Source: Octopus bimaculoides | Taxonomy: Eukaryota | Length of the DNA stretch: 64,000 bases | Direction of reading: 5' to 3' | Assembly (NCBI RefSeq): GCF_001194135.2 | Contig: NC_068986.1 | Span: forward strand, 14,472,656-14,536,655 | Shown: piece after piece, positions 50,746-64,000 of the stretch | Numbering within the stretch: the stretch's first letter is position 1 | Layout of the letters: each line of letters opens with the position of its first letter | Position numbers and translations under genes: made by a program | Notes under the pieces: generated by a model | Seen by the model: the letters and a program-made list of their open reading frames with translations, nothing else | The model's database searches: none | What the model was told of the DNA's origin: nothing

Positions 50746-51290
50746 TACTTTTAGGTACACAACTTACGACGTTTCATATACGAATACGTCTATCTAAACA
50801 ATGAAATCGAAGATAGAAAAGTAGGTAACGGGTATACATGCATTAACCATCGACGAACACGGTGATTAAATTACCACTAAATTTACCGGTGTAACATAAT
50901 CGGAGATAGTAAGTTTATATATTAAGCACATTCCTGAGAAATGATATGTACATATTAAATGTTCTTAAGGACACTGTATTTCGTTACGCAACAATAATCA
51001 ACTGCCAAATATATTAACAATTAATAAATCAATATTGTGTATATATACAGATATAAGTGTGTACATATGCATGTACATACACAAACACAAAAACACAGAC
51101 ACACGCATACGCATGCGCACGCGCGCATATACACACACGCATAAGTATATAAATATGTGCACTACATGTGGAAGGCGTGCATGTATGTCCACTATCGCAG
51201 ACACACGAAAGTAGACACATAAATCTACTTATGTATTAAGTCATATTCAATGTATTTGACACTCACATACACACACACGCAGATGTGTAT

Positions 51291-51339
<49 letters not shown>

Positions 51340-53823
51340 GGGATAGATGGACAGATAGATAAATAGGTAGATATATAGGTATATAGATAGATAGAAAGAT
51401 AGACATATACGTGTGCAGGAGTCTCTATGTAAAATTTCTGTATTACACCTTACAGCGTAGGTCTACTTGTACTTACATACCAAAAAAAAAATTATACAAT
51501 ATATAAATGAAAGAAAAAAAAATCCACAAAGGCAACACAAGGAAAAAACAATGACAACAACAAAACAATATGTGTGAATCGTTATGGACTTGTAGTACTG
51601 AAAAAGTCGCTGAAGTATTTCATGATGGATGAGGGCGATAAATAGAATTTAGATATGTGTCGCATGTGTTACTTCTGTTTACAAAACCTCTTCTGCCTTA
51701 AACATGACTTTAAGTGTGTACTTTCTGAAACAGTGGTCATATACATACATACATACATACATACATATGTATATAATTTATATAAGGGCATTACTATATA
51801 GTAATGCCTCACGCTTAGAGGAACTAAATAAGTCGCTGACTACTTGATAAATTCTTATAAAGATTTTATCCTATATTATATTATTACATACATATGAAAA
51901 TATACATACATACATACATATATATATATATGTATATATGGGAGAATATACAAATAATAACAACAGACNNNNNNNNNNNNNNNNNNNNNNNNNNNNNNNN
52001 NNNNNNNNNNNNNNNNNNNNNNNNNNNNNNNNNNNNNNNNNNNNNNNNNNNNNNNNNNNNNNNNNNNNNNNNNNNNNNNNNNNNNNNNNNNNNNNNNNNN
52101 NNNNNNNNNNNNNNNNNNNNNNNNNNNNNNNNNNNNNNNNNNNNNNNNNNNNNNNNNNNNNNNNNNNNNNNNNNNNNNNNNNNNNNNNNNNNNNNNNNNN
52201 NNNNNNNNNNNNNNNNNNNNNNNNNNNNNNNNNNNNNNNNNNNNNNNNNNNNNNNNNNNNNNNNNNNNNNNNNNNNNNNNNNNNNNNNNNNNNNNNNNNN
52301 NNNNNNNNNNNNNNNNNNNNNNNNNNNNNNNNNNNNNNNNNNNNNNNNNNNNNNNNNNNNNNNNNNNNNNNNNNNNNNNNNNNNNNNNNNNNNNNNNNNN
52401 NNNNNNNNNNNNNNNNNNNNNNNNNNNNATATATATATATATATATACATATATATATCATGTATATATATATATATCATGTGTCGGATACCAGCTGATG
52501 TTTCTTAGGGCTAAAAAGTAGTAACATCGTCTGACGTAGAACTGCCACTTTCTGTTGGTAAATAAACTTAACTGAATATACATACACACACACACACACA
52601 TATATAGATATATATAAATTGTAAATGTAAAAATAAAAACAAAACACAAAGGATTCTGCGGTACACGTGTTTCAAGCTTTATAGTTGTTACATTAGTGTA
52701 TAATTGACAGTATAAAGCTATCTTCAGCCGCAAATGTATTCTCTCCGAAGAATGATATCACATAGAAGTTAAAGGAGGAAGAAAGATCAGATATAAGTGG
52801 TGAGGTTCCGTTTGGTATTTTGCATTGTAATATACCTCGTAGAATTCTTAATTTGATATATTTATACATAATTTCCTCGGTACTCCAGAATCCGTCCATA
52901 CCTTGCCACAATTCAGTGTGTAGTGAACGCTAAGTAAACAATACTATTTTATATTAGTTAGAAGGGTAGTGTTAAAGGAGGGAATAAGTTGGTGGTTAAA
53001 ACAATATAATAAAAATGAAATAATAATATAAAATAAAATAAGGAATATAAAATACTAAGAAGAAAAATACACAGATATTCATACAAAAATAAAATAAAAG
53101 GAGTCAAATCGGTGGGGCGGGTAATCTAAGAAACAATAAGAGAACATCTGGGTAGTAGAGTAAGATACATCTAAGCTATTTAGACGGGTTGGAGAAGGGT
53201 GGCGAGGAAAAATCTAAATGTAGAAGAAGAAGATAAATAGATATAGATACAGAGATCTTAAAGGTCGTAAGCGATAGATATATATGAGCTGCGTCTGCCT
53301 ATATCAGTGGTGGGTCGTAAATAAGTAGCGTCAGGCTAGAGTAAACTTGAAATATGATATTCTTGTGGTGAGTGGTCAGTCTAGGCGACTTACAACTTAA
53401 GTATACGAACTTATCTATTATATTGGTACAAACACTTATCTAGATGATGAAGGGTGAAGGAAGTGGAAAAGGAAATTAGAACATATAAGACCTTAAAGAA
53501 TGAATAATTAAAAAATGTCAACAAGAAAAGGGAAATAAAGTATATGGGAGAGTTGGACGTTAAAATTTAAAAAAAACAGAGTATTGGGGGCATTTCAACC
53601 GTAGTAATATATTATAATAGTGATAGGAAATAATAGCACCCACATTAATAATGCAAAAAATAAGAAAAAAAATAAGAGATAAAAAAAATAAATAAATAAA
53701 AAATAAAAAAATAAAAAATAAGGAAATAAAAAATAAAAAAATAAAAAATAAAAAATAAAAATAAGAAATAAAAGCATATAAAATAAGAATGTAAAAATAT
53801 GAAGTGAAAATATAAAATATATA

Positions 53824-53864
<41 letters not shown>

Positions 53865-54325
53865 GATATATATATATTTATGTATATACATATATAGGTA
53901 CAGGACGTCACCAACTGTGTAAACAACATGAAATACGAAAACAAACATAGAGGGTCGTTAGAGCAGAACGAGAGGAAAATAGTGAACGCTGAGAAATGTG
54001 TGTGTATTTCTTTTTCTCTNNNNNNNNNNNNNNNNNNNNNNNNNNNNNNNNNNNNNNNNNNNNNNNNNNNNNNNNNNNNNNNNNNNNNNNNNNNNNNNNN
54101 NNNNNNNNNNNNNNNNNNNNNNNNNNNNNNNNNNNNNNNNNNNNNNNNNNNNNNNNNNNNNNNNNNNNNNNNNNNNNNNNNNNNNNNNNNNNNNNNNNNN
54201 NNNNNNNNNNNNNNNNNNNNNNNNNNNNNNNNNNNNNNNNNNNNNNNNNNNNNNNNNNNNNNNNNNNNNNNNNNNNNNNNNNNNNNNNNNNNNNNNNNNN
54301 NNNNNNNNNNNNNNNNNNNNNNNNN

Positions 54326-54366
<41 letters not shown>

Positions 54367-55019
54367 TATACACATATATATAAAGAGAGGCAGAGAGATA
54401 GACAGGTAGATAAGCAGATAGATAGATAAATGGATAGATAGATACATACATAAGACATAGATAGATAAATAGACAGATACGATATATGAGCTAGATTGTT
54501 AGAAGATTGAGTTCTCATAAAGCTATTTGAAATTAATGATATAGTTTTTGTCGAGTGAATATTTTATTCCAGGCAAAGCTCCATGGCTCGAAAATGCAAA
54601 CAGTAGAAATTGCATCTCTGATGTGTATTTTTGTCTAAGATATGCGTGTTAAAAACACAAAATTAATAGGAGTGAGATGAATGACGTCGGCTGTATTGCA
54701 GCATTTTATAGGCTGTCCAATAGCATGTGCCCTTTAATTAGGTTCCAAGACGAATTTTGCTGCCTCCGATATTTAGCGAACAGTAATACAATCACTGATT
54801 CTTCAGGTAATTTTGCTTCCAGTTTTTACCGAGTGTCTTCCATCACCTAGGGCAAAAAAACAAAAGATTTCACTGTAAACAGTGTACATACAGTCTGTAT
54901 GTACTTGAAAGTCTCAAAGAATGGTTATATTTTCTCTTTCAGTTACAGCCTCAAGTCGTATTTATATATCTCCCGAAATTGCTGGCTTTGTGCCAACATT
55001 TGAAGTTATTATTATTATT

Positions 55020-55270
55020 GTGGAGGCGTCTGACTTTGTGGTTAGGGTGTCAGCACAATGATCGTAAGATTATGGCTTCGATTCCTGGACCGGGCGACGC
55101 ATTGTGTTCTTGAGCAAAACACTTCATTTCACATTGCACCAGCCCACTCAGCTCGCAACAATGAGTGACACTGCTATGGACCGGCGTTCCATCCAGCTGG
55201 GGAGCACATATGCCATTGAAACCGGGGAAACCGGGCCCATGAACCTGGTTAGGCTTTAAAAGGGCTCATT
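55020..55270 (+). mobile_element. SINE-D, full length
   Basis: gtggaggcgtc...gtggttaggg...ggcttcgattcctgg (A/B boxes), CORE-like gtgttcttgagcaaaacactt, tail ccatccagctgggg...aaaccgggcccatgaacctggttaggctttaaaaggg. Confidence 0.88.
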
Positions 55271-55294
55271 TATTTATTATTATGATTATTATTA

Positions 55295-55678
55295 GTGGAG
55301 GCGGAATGGCCCAGTGGTAAGGGCAGCGGACTCACGGTCATAAAATCGCGGTTTCGATTCCCAGACCGGGCGTTTGTGAGTGTTTATTGAGCGAAAACAC
55401 CTAAAAAAGCTCCACGAGGCTCCGACAGGGGATGGTGGCGAATCCTGCTGTACTCTTTCACCACAACTTTCTCTCACTCTTACTTCCTGTTTCTGTTGTA
55501 CCTGTAATTCAAAAGGGTCAGCCTTGTCACACTGTGTCACGCTGAATATCCCCGAGGACTACGTTAAGGGTGCACGTATCTGTGGAGTGCTCAGCAACTT
55601 GCACGTTAATTTCACGAGCAGGCTGTTCCATTAATCGGATCAACTGGAACCCTCGTAGTCGTAAGCGACGGAGTGCCC
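55295..55678 (+). mobile_element. SINE-B, full length
   Basis: tRNA-like head gtggaggcggaatggcccagtggtaaggg...gtttcgattccc; homologous to 23366-23696 and 27536-27920. Confidence 0.92.
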
Positions 55679-55689
55679 TAAACAACACA

Positions 55690-55787
55690 TATTATTATCA
55701 ATATTATTATTATTATTATTATTATTGTTATTATTATTATTAGTATTGTTATTATTATTATTATTGTTATTATTATTGTTATTATTA

Positions 55788-55839
<52 letters not shown>

Positions 55840-55880
55840 GGTCGTGATCATGATGATTATCATGATGATCATCATCATTA
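55690..55880. repeat. (ATT)n/(ATC)n microsatellite
   Basis: Directly visible. Confidence 0.95.
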
Positions 55881-56764
55881 TTGTCATCAAATACTCTTAA
55901 AGCAATAGCAGTTTTCAGATAAACATAACATTATGTTCCAGATGGTTTGGGTAAGCACAGCTTTTAAATTAAGTTTCTTCAATTGAAATTAAATTAATTT
56001 AAATATATTAATTACGTATTCCAATTATGTAATTCTACCTCTAATGATGTTTCTATTAATGAAGCAGCTGTTGAAAAAAAAATAAAACAAAATACGAATT
56101 ATACGTGAAATTCCTGCTTGTCATATTTTATGCTAACAATATATTGTTTCCGAAGAAGTTTCAACCAATTATATTCATACAGCCAAACGGTTCCATTTGC
56201 AATTTATTAAAGTTTCGGAATCTAATAACTTATTAACTGAAATTTCAATGACCGTCGAACTATTTTTTGGTGCGTATACATTAATCCTCTCTATAGATAC
56301 GTGGGTGTTAGTATGTGCGTGTATATGTGCGTGTATGTATGCGCGTATAAGCATACATTGGTGTAATGTGTAGAGTTATGCGAAAAAGTGTTTCGAAAAT
56401 ATATTTCTCACACAAAAATTATCTCAGACCACAGACTATTTGAAAGTTAAAACTAGAAATTACAATACGATTAGAAATTCGCGTACGATTTGAAATGGCA
56501 CAGCGATAATTTGGTAGTTGTCTTATATTTGTAACGTTGGTTAGTTGGAATGTAATATTATGCAAGCTATTTTCATCTATTTAAACAGAAAGCACGACTA
56601 TTTGAGTCAGGCTTGTCATGTGTGGATGTTTCGATATGTGCATTTGTGAGAGTGTGTATAGGTTCATGTCTGTATGCGTGTGCGTAGTATCTATACATAA
56701 TAGAATATTTATTTGTATCCCTGTGTGTCGCGGGAAGAATGTACAGATGTGCGTATGTGCGTGT

Positions 56765-57345
56765 GTCCTCAAATCATTTTCTTTTGCTGCCGCTCTCATG
56801 CATATACTGGATGTAATTCTTCCTATTTATCTCACATGTCTGGAGCTTATTCAAGACTGCCTCATTATTCACATTCTTCATCCACACCAGCTATTCACCC
56901 CTGTCATGGTCATCCCCTTTAGTGTTCCATAACTTCATGCTCTTTCTCATGCCATCCGACCTTATAATGTGACCAATGAATTATTATATTTGTCAATCAA
57001 TGCTTCCAAAGTAACGCCATGTTTCAATTCATGCCGTATTGATTCTTTAGGTATTCTCTCTATCCACGATATTGCCAATAATCTTCGCTAGACCCACATT
57101 TTCAATGCATCAATTTTCCTTCTATCTTGTTTGTTAATTGTAGAGCTTGTGCATCCACACATCATTACTGAATATATCATTGATTTTGTATCCTTTGTTC
57201 TTTGCGACGCTCCTTTATCTTCCTTAATTTTCTCCAGTTCTAACATTTCAGCCTTTCTCAAAGCTGTTCTTCTGTAAATTTCTTTTGAGCATCTCCCATT
57301 TCTTTCAGCGCTGGATTCCAGCAAAGACAACAAACACAGCCTCTT
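56765..57345 (-). pseudogene. 3' end of an RTE-clade (BovB-like) LINE
   Basis: Minus strand GRCSKEIYRR...KSMIYSVMMCGC..STINKQDRRKIDALKMWV*RRLLAISW...IGHIIR matches the RTE C-terminus (EIKRR, VVMYGCESW, RRIDAFELWCWRRLL, FGHL). Confidence 0.88.
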
Positions 57346-58694
57346 CTTCCACGGCCTGCTCACCAATAATGCATTTCTTTCAATATCTGGTTGACGTAAC
57401 TTCAGTTTATTTGAAGTTTAGTTTCACTCCATCCTTTACACTTTCTCTTACATTTTCTCTCTTCTCTTTATTTTCTGGCAACAGAGCTTTGGAGAAAAAC
57501 TGATAAAACAAAAACATTAACCGATAAAGCTACCATCCTGTACAGAATTCCTCGCTAAACTAGATTTTGTATAAAAGGTTTAGCAAAAGGAAAATACAAC
57601 CAGAAATCAACTCATAGATGCAACACACAATATAAATATTGAAAGTAAGGCGCTATTCTTATCTGGCGATGACAATTTTAAACATTCGTTCCAACATAAT
57701 TTTCTTTGCTACCTATTACAAAATGCATCAATATCATGCAATACTAAACATTTTCTTGTGAAGTGGAGGCTGAGAAGTTCATAAACCGTATCATCCATAG
57801 CTGCGTTATTGTTCTGGATTTAAATACAAAGAACGAATAAAGAAATTCGAATAAACTTCGATATAAAATCATTAAATTTTGATACATACCTGTATCCTAT
57901 ATATCACATTTAACAGAATACACACCGAAGTTAATGTCCGCATATATGTGTATGTATGTATTATGTATATCACTATTTACAATATCCAATAAAATCGAAA
58001 TATTTTAACAAGTAAGACACAAAGTTAGAATCGAGAACAGTGGCAACAGTGAGTACAGACACACACATTCTTACCAGATTTGCGGATCTGCCCTTCTAGC
58101 TACGCATACATGCACAAATATTGAACAAAATCACTCAACGTATATGTAATTTTTAAAAAGAAGCACACTATGGTACGCATTCCACGTTCCACTGTTGGCC
58201 CAGATTCCTATGATACAAGGAAGGTTTCGAATGAGGTGTAGTGTAAATAATAACACAATTGTAGAGAGGTTCACCACAGGTGTTCCAGACGTGATTTCTT
58301 TTGTTGATGAACAAATAAATTACATCATATAAAAACAAAACTATTTTTTTTTTCTCAGGTGAATTAAAATTAAATAAAATTTAACATGGAGTATTTTTTC
58401 ACCGAAAGGGTATAGAATGAGCCGGTTGAAAGGGTACATTCAGGAATGTCATTTTCATCTTAAGTATTCGGGGTAATAAAATTTGTCCACATGTCAGAGA
58501 ATGGTGAAAGGAGAGAAAAGTTTTAAAATCTCACATCCCAGTAATAGGAAGCTAAAGGGTTAGACCATGGCGCCATTTTTCCAGATGTAATAGCCCGGGC
58601 GATCCTGTAAATAGTCTACATGCCGTGCAGGTAAGCGAGAAAAAACGGATGATAGATATTAAAAAAAATTACGTACACGCAAACACACACATAC

Positions 58695-58729
<35 letters not shown>

Positions 58730-58949
58730 NNNNNNNNNNNNNNNNNNNNNNNNNNNNNNNNNNNNNNNNNNNNNNNNNNNNNNNNNNNNNNNNNNNNNNN
58801 NNNNNNNNNNNNNNNNNNNNNNNNNNNNNNACCTGCTAGTCATTAGACACGAACTCACATCCCTGTTATTAGTGCTTTACCATTAAGCTAAACTGCCTAG
58901 TAACGAATTCTTCTGCAATTTTAGAACTTATGAATTTAGCTTCATACAG

Positions 58950-58990
<41 letters not shown>

Positions 58991-60399
58991 ATAGGAAGGA
59001 CAGATTTCACTTCGATCTTCCACGACCATGTGGTATGCAGTTTGTTTTCAAACCTCGCGCGAGGATTTACTTTTATGGATATGCTGGAAAGAAGACTGGT
59101 GATTTGCATAACGTCCTTTAAAAGTGCCTTCGCTTAAATCGACGTAATTTTTCTTTTCGATTGTGTCATCTTAAAGCGTTACTGTGACCTCTACCTCATA
59201 GGCAACAAAGTTTATAATATATGCCTGATTCTCACCTCTTCTCGACAACGGGTTTTATTTTACGTCTCAGTAACCTCGAGCTTCAGCAAAACATAACTGA
59301 CAGGATAAGTATCAGGCTTTGAAAAACATGAGTTTCGAGGTCGAAAAAAAACAAAACGAACATTTGTTAATGCTGGAGCACCACCGTGGTGCCCCAGCAT
59401 ATACAAATATCAACATTTGTGAGTGTGTCTGTGTGTGTGCACGTATCATACCTCTAAGCTCTTAACAGCAAGTGTTGCGTCGCTCGCTGGTATCCGTGTT
59501 CGATTCCAGGTAAAGAGACAAAATATAAGCAGTAAACTAAAAAAAGAAAAAGAAAAAGATTACCAGCAAGGAATCGATCGCCTAAGAACCTCAAGACATG
59601 GTCATAGTAAAATTACTAAAACACGATAATAAATCAAAGATTTAGGAGTATATATGTGCATGCATCTATGAATATGTATACGTGTGTACATATATACACG
59701 TACAAACAGGTTTATTTATTTTTAATAAGGAACACAAACACGGAGAGGTCAAAGAAACATCGAAGCAAAGATATAGATTTGTGAGTGTGTATGTGTTTCT
59801 CTGCTGGTAGTGAAAGAAAAAATGTTTAAACAAATTATATAAATGAAAGTGAAGAAGGATAAAGGTTATGATAATTCAAAATTGCTAATAAGATTCTGAA
59901 AGATTTCTTCTTTGAATAGGAGTAAAACACTTGACTAAACTTAGCCAATTTCACTAAATCGATATTGTTCCTTAATATATGTAGTATTTAAGTAACACTA
60001 ATTATAATTCTAGATTGCATCCCTATCTATTATCTTGGCTACTTTTTACCCTTTGCCTCTGTTTGAATTCACTTTTATCTATAATTTGTCTCTAATTATA
60101 TTTAGTATTATAATTTCTCTCAGATAACCTCTTACTCTCGTCTAATAAGTTCAACTGTCTGCTACCCAGTCACGATGTTTTGAGTCTCTTAATAAATTTA
60201 ATTTCGAGGAAAATGAATCAGACAAACAAAACTTAACCGTTAGTAAATAATATGATGCTTGATGTTTTCCGGGAAATAAAAACAAACAAACAAATAAATA
60301 AACAAAAGAATTTATAGCTATGCCTTTTCCTTTTATTCATAATTTAGACTGCCCTAATTGCTGATCCATACTGTGACCCATATACCGAATGAGAATTTG

Positions 60400-60545
60400 G
60401 ACGATTCTTTTATCACAAAATATTACTTCTTGTAATTTCTATAGTGCATAGGGAATAAAATTTCTTTGATGATGAGAGCCAAAATTGTGAAATAAAACGG
60501 AGAATTACGTTGCCGCTTTGTTTCGAGTTAAATTGCATCTTTTTG
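60400..60545 (+). pseudogene. Possible RTE LINE fragment
   Basis: ISLMMRAKIVK / EIKRRITL-like segment around 60465-60515; otherwise decayed. Confidence 0.35.
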
Positions 60546-60856
60546 GAATATTGCTTCACTACTGGGCTGCTCGCCTTCACATAAGCTCAATATGCCTTGT
60601 ATTAAATGCAAAATATTACTACTGAGGCTGATGAATGGCTCGAAATATTGGAAAATAAAGGGAAAATTATGTGAAAATGATACATGACTTACATGACTTA
60701 CTTCCGTGTTGCATAGCGTTTTTAAAATCTGAGAAATAAATATTAAACTATACATATTTTTTACGTTAATATCTGCTCCTCTGTATTTTATTCCAATTAA
60801 CCACAAATAAATCTGACCTATTTCATTTATTCATGTATTCATTTATGCGCTATTTT

Positions 60857-61147
60857 CAAGCCTAGCCAGGCTCATGGACCCGGTTTCCCGGTTTCTATGG
60901 CGTATGTGTTCCCCCCAGCTGGACGGGACGCCAATCCATCGCAGCGTTACTCAAGAAACAGACAGAAAGAGTGAGAGAAAGTTGTGACGAAAGAGTACAA
61001 CAGGGGTCGCCACCCCCGTGCTAGAACCTCGTGGGGATTTAGGTGTTATCGCTCAATAAATACACACAACGCCCGGTCTGGGAATAGAAACCGTGATCCT
61101 CCGACCGCGAGTCCGCTGCCCTAACCGCTGGGCCATTGCGCCTCCAT
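60857..61147 (-). mobile_element. Chimeric SINE: SINE-B head and body joined to SINE-D tail
   Basis: Minus strand matches 55295-~55490 (B), then switches at tgagtaacgctgcgatgga to match ~55162-55255 (D). Confidence 0.88.
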
Positions 61148-62269
61148 ATGCTGACATATATATAATCAATAATTCCATCAAAGATTTCTCACTTAATATC
61201 GAGGCCAGGAATTAGATGGAAACGGAAAACACATTAAGGCAAACATCGGCGTTTGCCTCTTATTGTCTTTTCTCTGTCCTAGTACGATAAAAGGCAAACT
61301 TTTAATACTTTTAATCAGCTGATATAGAATTAAATAACAACAAAATACGTAGGATCGAGTCAAGCGCTCTCTCAATTCTCATTAAGGACTTGGTGTGACC
61401 GAAGTCTGTCATATCGGGTATTGAAACCGTTTTGCAAATACAAAGGAAATGTCTGGAATTATCGACACTTAAAATTGTTCCTTAAATGAAAATGAAGCAA
61501 ATATTTATGAGGGAAATTTAAAAACTCTCATATTTTACTTACTTACGCAGGTTAAGGAACACCAATCAAAGCAAATTACATACAATGAGAGTTTCACCTT
61601 TAAATTTGAATCAAGTAAGAGAATTGACAGGAATGACATGATTGTATAGAACACGAACAAAAGCTGGCGTTAATATAGGAAATGAGAAAACGGGCGGGAC
61701 AAACGGAAGAAAACGTAGGGGTTGTATTCATTGGCATATAATAAATATTTCAACTAGGCCCGAGGTTTGGTTGAAATTACAAGTCTGTATTGATCCCACC
61801 GATAAATCGGTTGCCAGTGAAAGAAATGACAAGGCGAGAAACAGAGAGACGTGGTAAGGGTATATATTTGATTATAATAAATGTTTCTCGTATTAATTTG
61901 AAGCGGGAGAACCTTACAATATGGCAAAATATGTTCAATCATTGCCCTAAATTCGTCGAATATGACTCTGGTTTATGGATTATGGCCATATGATTTTCCA
62001 TTTGCTGGGCATCGCTGGGGATCGATGTTTTTTTTTTTGTAAAACAACATGTATAGAACATTAAAATATACCATTATTCATGTCTGTATTATAACGTATA
62101 TGGCACGCAGCTTCGGTTCGGCAATCAAAACGGTCGATGCATTATATTAGCTATTATTGCAACATCAATGAACATAACGACTGTAGGGCCTACAGTTACA
62201 CAGCTACTCGAGTCTTGCTATTATTCAGGTTAAAATAAATCACATGGTGCAGAAGCATAGTGTCATGTC

Positions 62270-62331
62270 ATTGCCGCGCCGCCGTCGTCGTCGTCGTCGT
62301 CCTCCTCCTCCTCATCATCATCGTCATCATT

Positions 62332-62382
<51 letters not shown>

Positions 62383-63009
62383 GCTAATATCATCGCCGTT
62401 GCCGCAGCGATGAAAAACCTAACGACTACGACGACGNNNNNNNNNNNNNNNNNNNNNNNNNNNNNNNNNNNNNNNNNNNNNNNNNNNNNNNNNNNNNNNN
62501 NNNNNNNNNNNNNNNNNNNNNNNNNNNNNNNNNNNNNNNNNNNNNNNNNNNNNNNNNNNNNNNNNNNNNNNNNNNNNNNNNNNNNNNNNNNNCACCACCA
62601 CCACCACCACCACCACTACCACCACCACCACCACCACACCATCACCCTCGCCGCCGCCGCCGCCGCCGCCACCACCACTACCACTACCACCACCATAATG
62701 TGCTTTACAAATACGACAACCAAGTAATTTCGCTAACACAACCATAACAAGAAACCGACCTCTCCACTGTCATGATGATGACGATGATGATGATGATGAT
62801 GATGATGATGATCATCATCATCATCATCATCATCATCGCTAATATCATCCTTGTCACAGCGATGAAACCATAACCAAACCACCACCACCAACAACAACAA
62901 CACCATCACTATAATGTGCTTTAGAAAATACGACAACCACGTAATTCAGCCAACACAACCATAACCAGAAACCGACTTCTCCACTATCATCATCACCATC
63001 ATCATCATC

Positions 63010-63040
<31 letters not shown>

Positions 63041-63094
63041 TCATCACCACCATCAACCTTCATCTCATCTACTTTATCATCGTCATCGTCATCG

Positions 63095-63137
<43 letters not shown>

Positions 63138-63210
63138 TACCATCAACACAACAAAAGCCACCACCACCTCCACCTCCACCGCCATTATCACCACCACAAC
63201 AACAACAACA
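62270..63210. repeat. Compound (GTC)/(CAT)/(CAC) array with duplicated unique spacers
   Basis: gctaatatcatc...cagcgatgaa and ataatgtgcttta...aatacgacaacca...gaaaccgac.tctccact each occur twice in the same order. Confidence 0.85.
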
Positions 63211-63711
63211 CCATAGATCCTGATCCACATAATTGTAATATAAATTATCACTTCTTGATCACTCCGATCGGGCATTATATCTCAGTTTCCGAAATCACTT
63301 CAATTTTCAAGTTGCAGCCATGATGTATTAAAGAGGATTATCTCCAAGACAATTGAACTGTTAATTAAACGTGCAATTAGTAACAATTACTCCAGACCTT
63401 AATTAGACCAGAGAATCGCATTTAAATTGTGACATTACTATTGAATTAATACCATTTGTAATCGTTCGATGTGTTTTTGTCTGCCTATTTATCTGGCATG
63501 TTTAGAGAAAGTTCTGCTGTCTGTATCTATATAACTCAATATAATACAGATTTAAATTCGCTATACACCTATCTATACTCGTAGATGAACCCTATTGTTC
63601 ATATACATAATTATGCATACACATATCTACGCCTATATGTACATATGGACGAACATACGTATGCACAAAGGTACACAATGTCTTCTTATATCTGTACAAA
63701 CGTTCATCTGC

Positions 63712-63753
<42 letters not shown>

Positions 63754-64000
63754 GTGCGAAAGTTGGTATGTGAAAGCACGTGGTTGGATGTATAAAAGAT
63801 AATAAGAGTGAAAAAACTACAGAAGGCTTGTGTTACATGGTTAAAGTATATATTTAAATTATGTCAGAAAAATGTTAGAAAAATGTTATAAAATCTTTTT
63901 CGTATATAAACATTGTATTCTGAGAAATAACCGGTTTCGTGTTGTCTTTTCAAATTTCTCTACTTCATTGTAACGTGTTCGCTCCAGTATATATACATAT

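Noticed and set aside
60630-60655. CTGATGA-atggctc-GAAATATT
   Set aside because: No stem II or stem I can form; chance match to the hammerhead core.

Overview
AT-rich, gap-riddled animal genomic DNA, almost entirely intronic or intergenic. The SINE families and microsatellite load look like a coleoid cephalopod (Octopus-like); that assignment is my recollection and was not checked against a database. No host protein-coding gene can be called with confidence. Nearly all listed ORFs are microsatellite translations or read through N-gaps. Supported content: (1) many copies of four tRNA-derived SINE families, labelled A-D here, including a dimer, a B/D chimera and a microhomology-deleted copy; (2) decayed autonomous elements: two mariner copies that appear to share one internal deletion, two Penelope-like (PLE) RT remnants, an RTE LINE 3' end, a decayed LINE RT, and the stop-free 3' end of an R4/Dong-like LINE abutting (TAA)n; (3) several fold-back/MITE elements; (4) long compound tri- and dinucleotide microsatellites. 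The most interesting signal is element E: a tRNA-like Pol III head, then an expandable (TAA)n tract, then a tail containing a minimal PLE-type hammerhead ribozyme motif (CUGAUGA, stem II, GAAA, palindromic 4-mer, UH). E occurs as a head-to-head palindrome (44376-44944), a head-to-tail tandem (37545-37915) and a head running into a gap (25172-25314). A second, different hammerhead motif lies at 8278-8325. A few weak candidate exons and one promoter-like patch are listed at low confidence.
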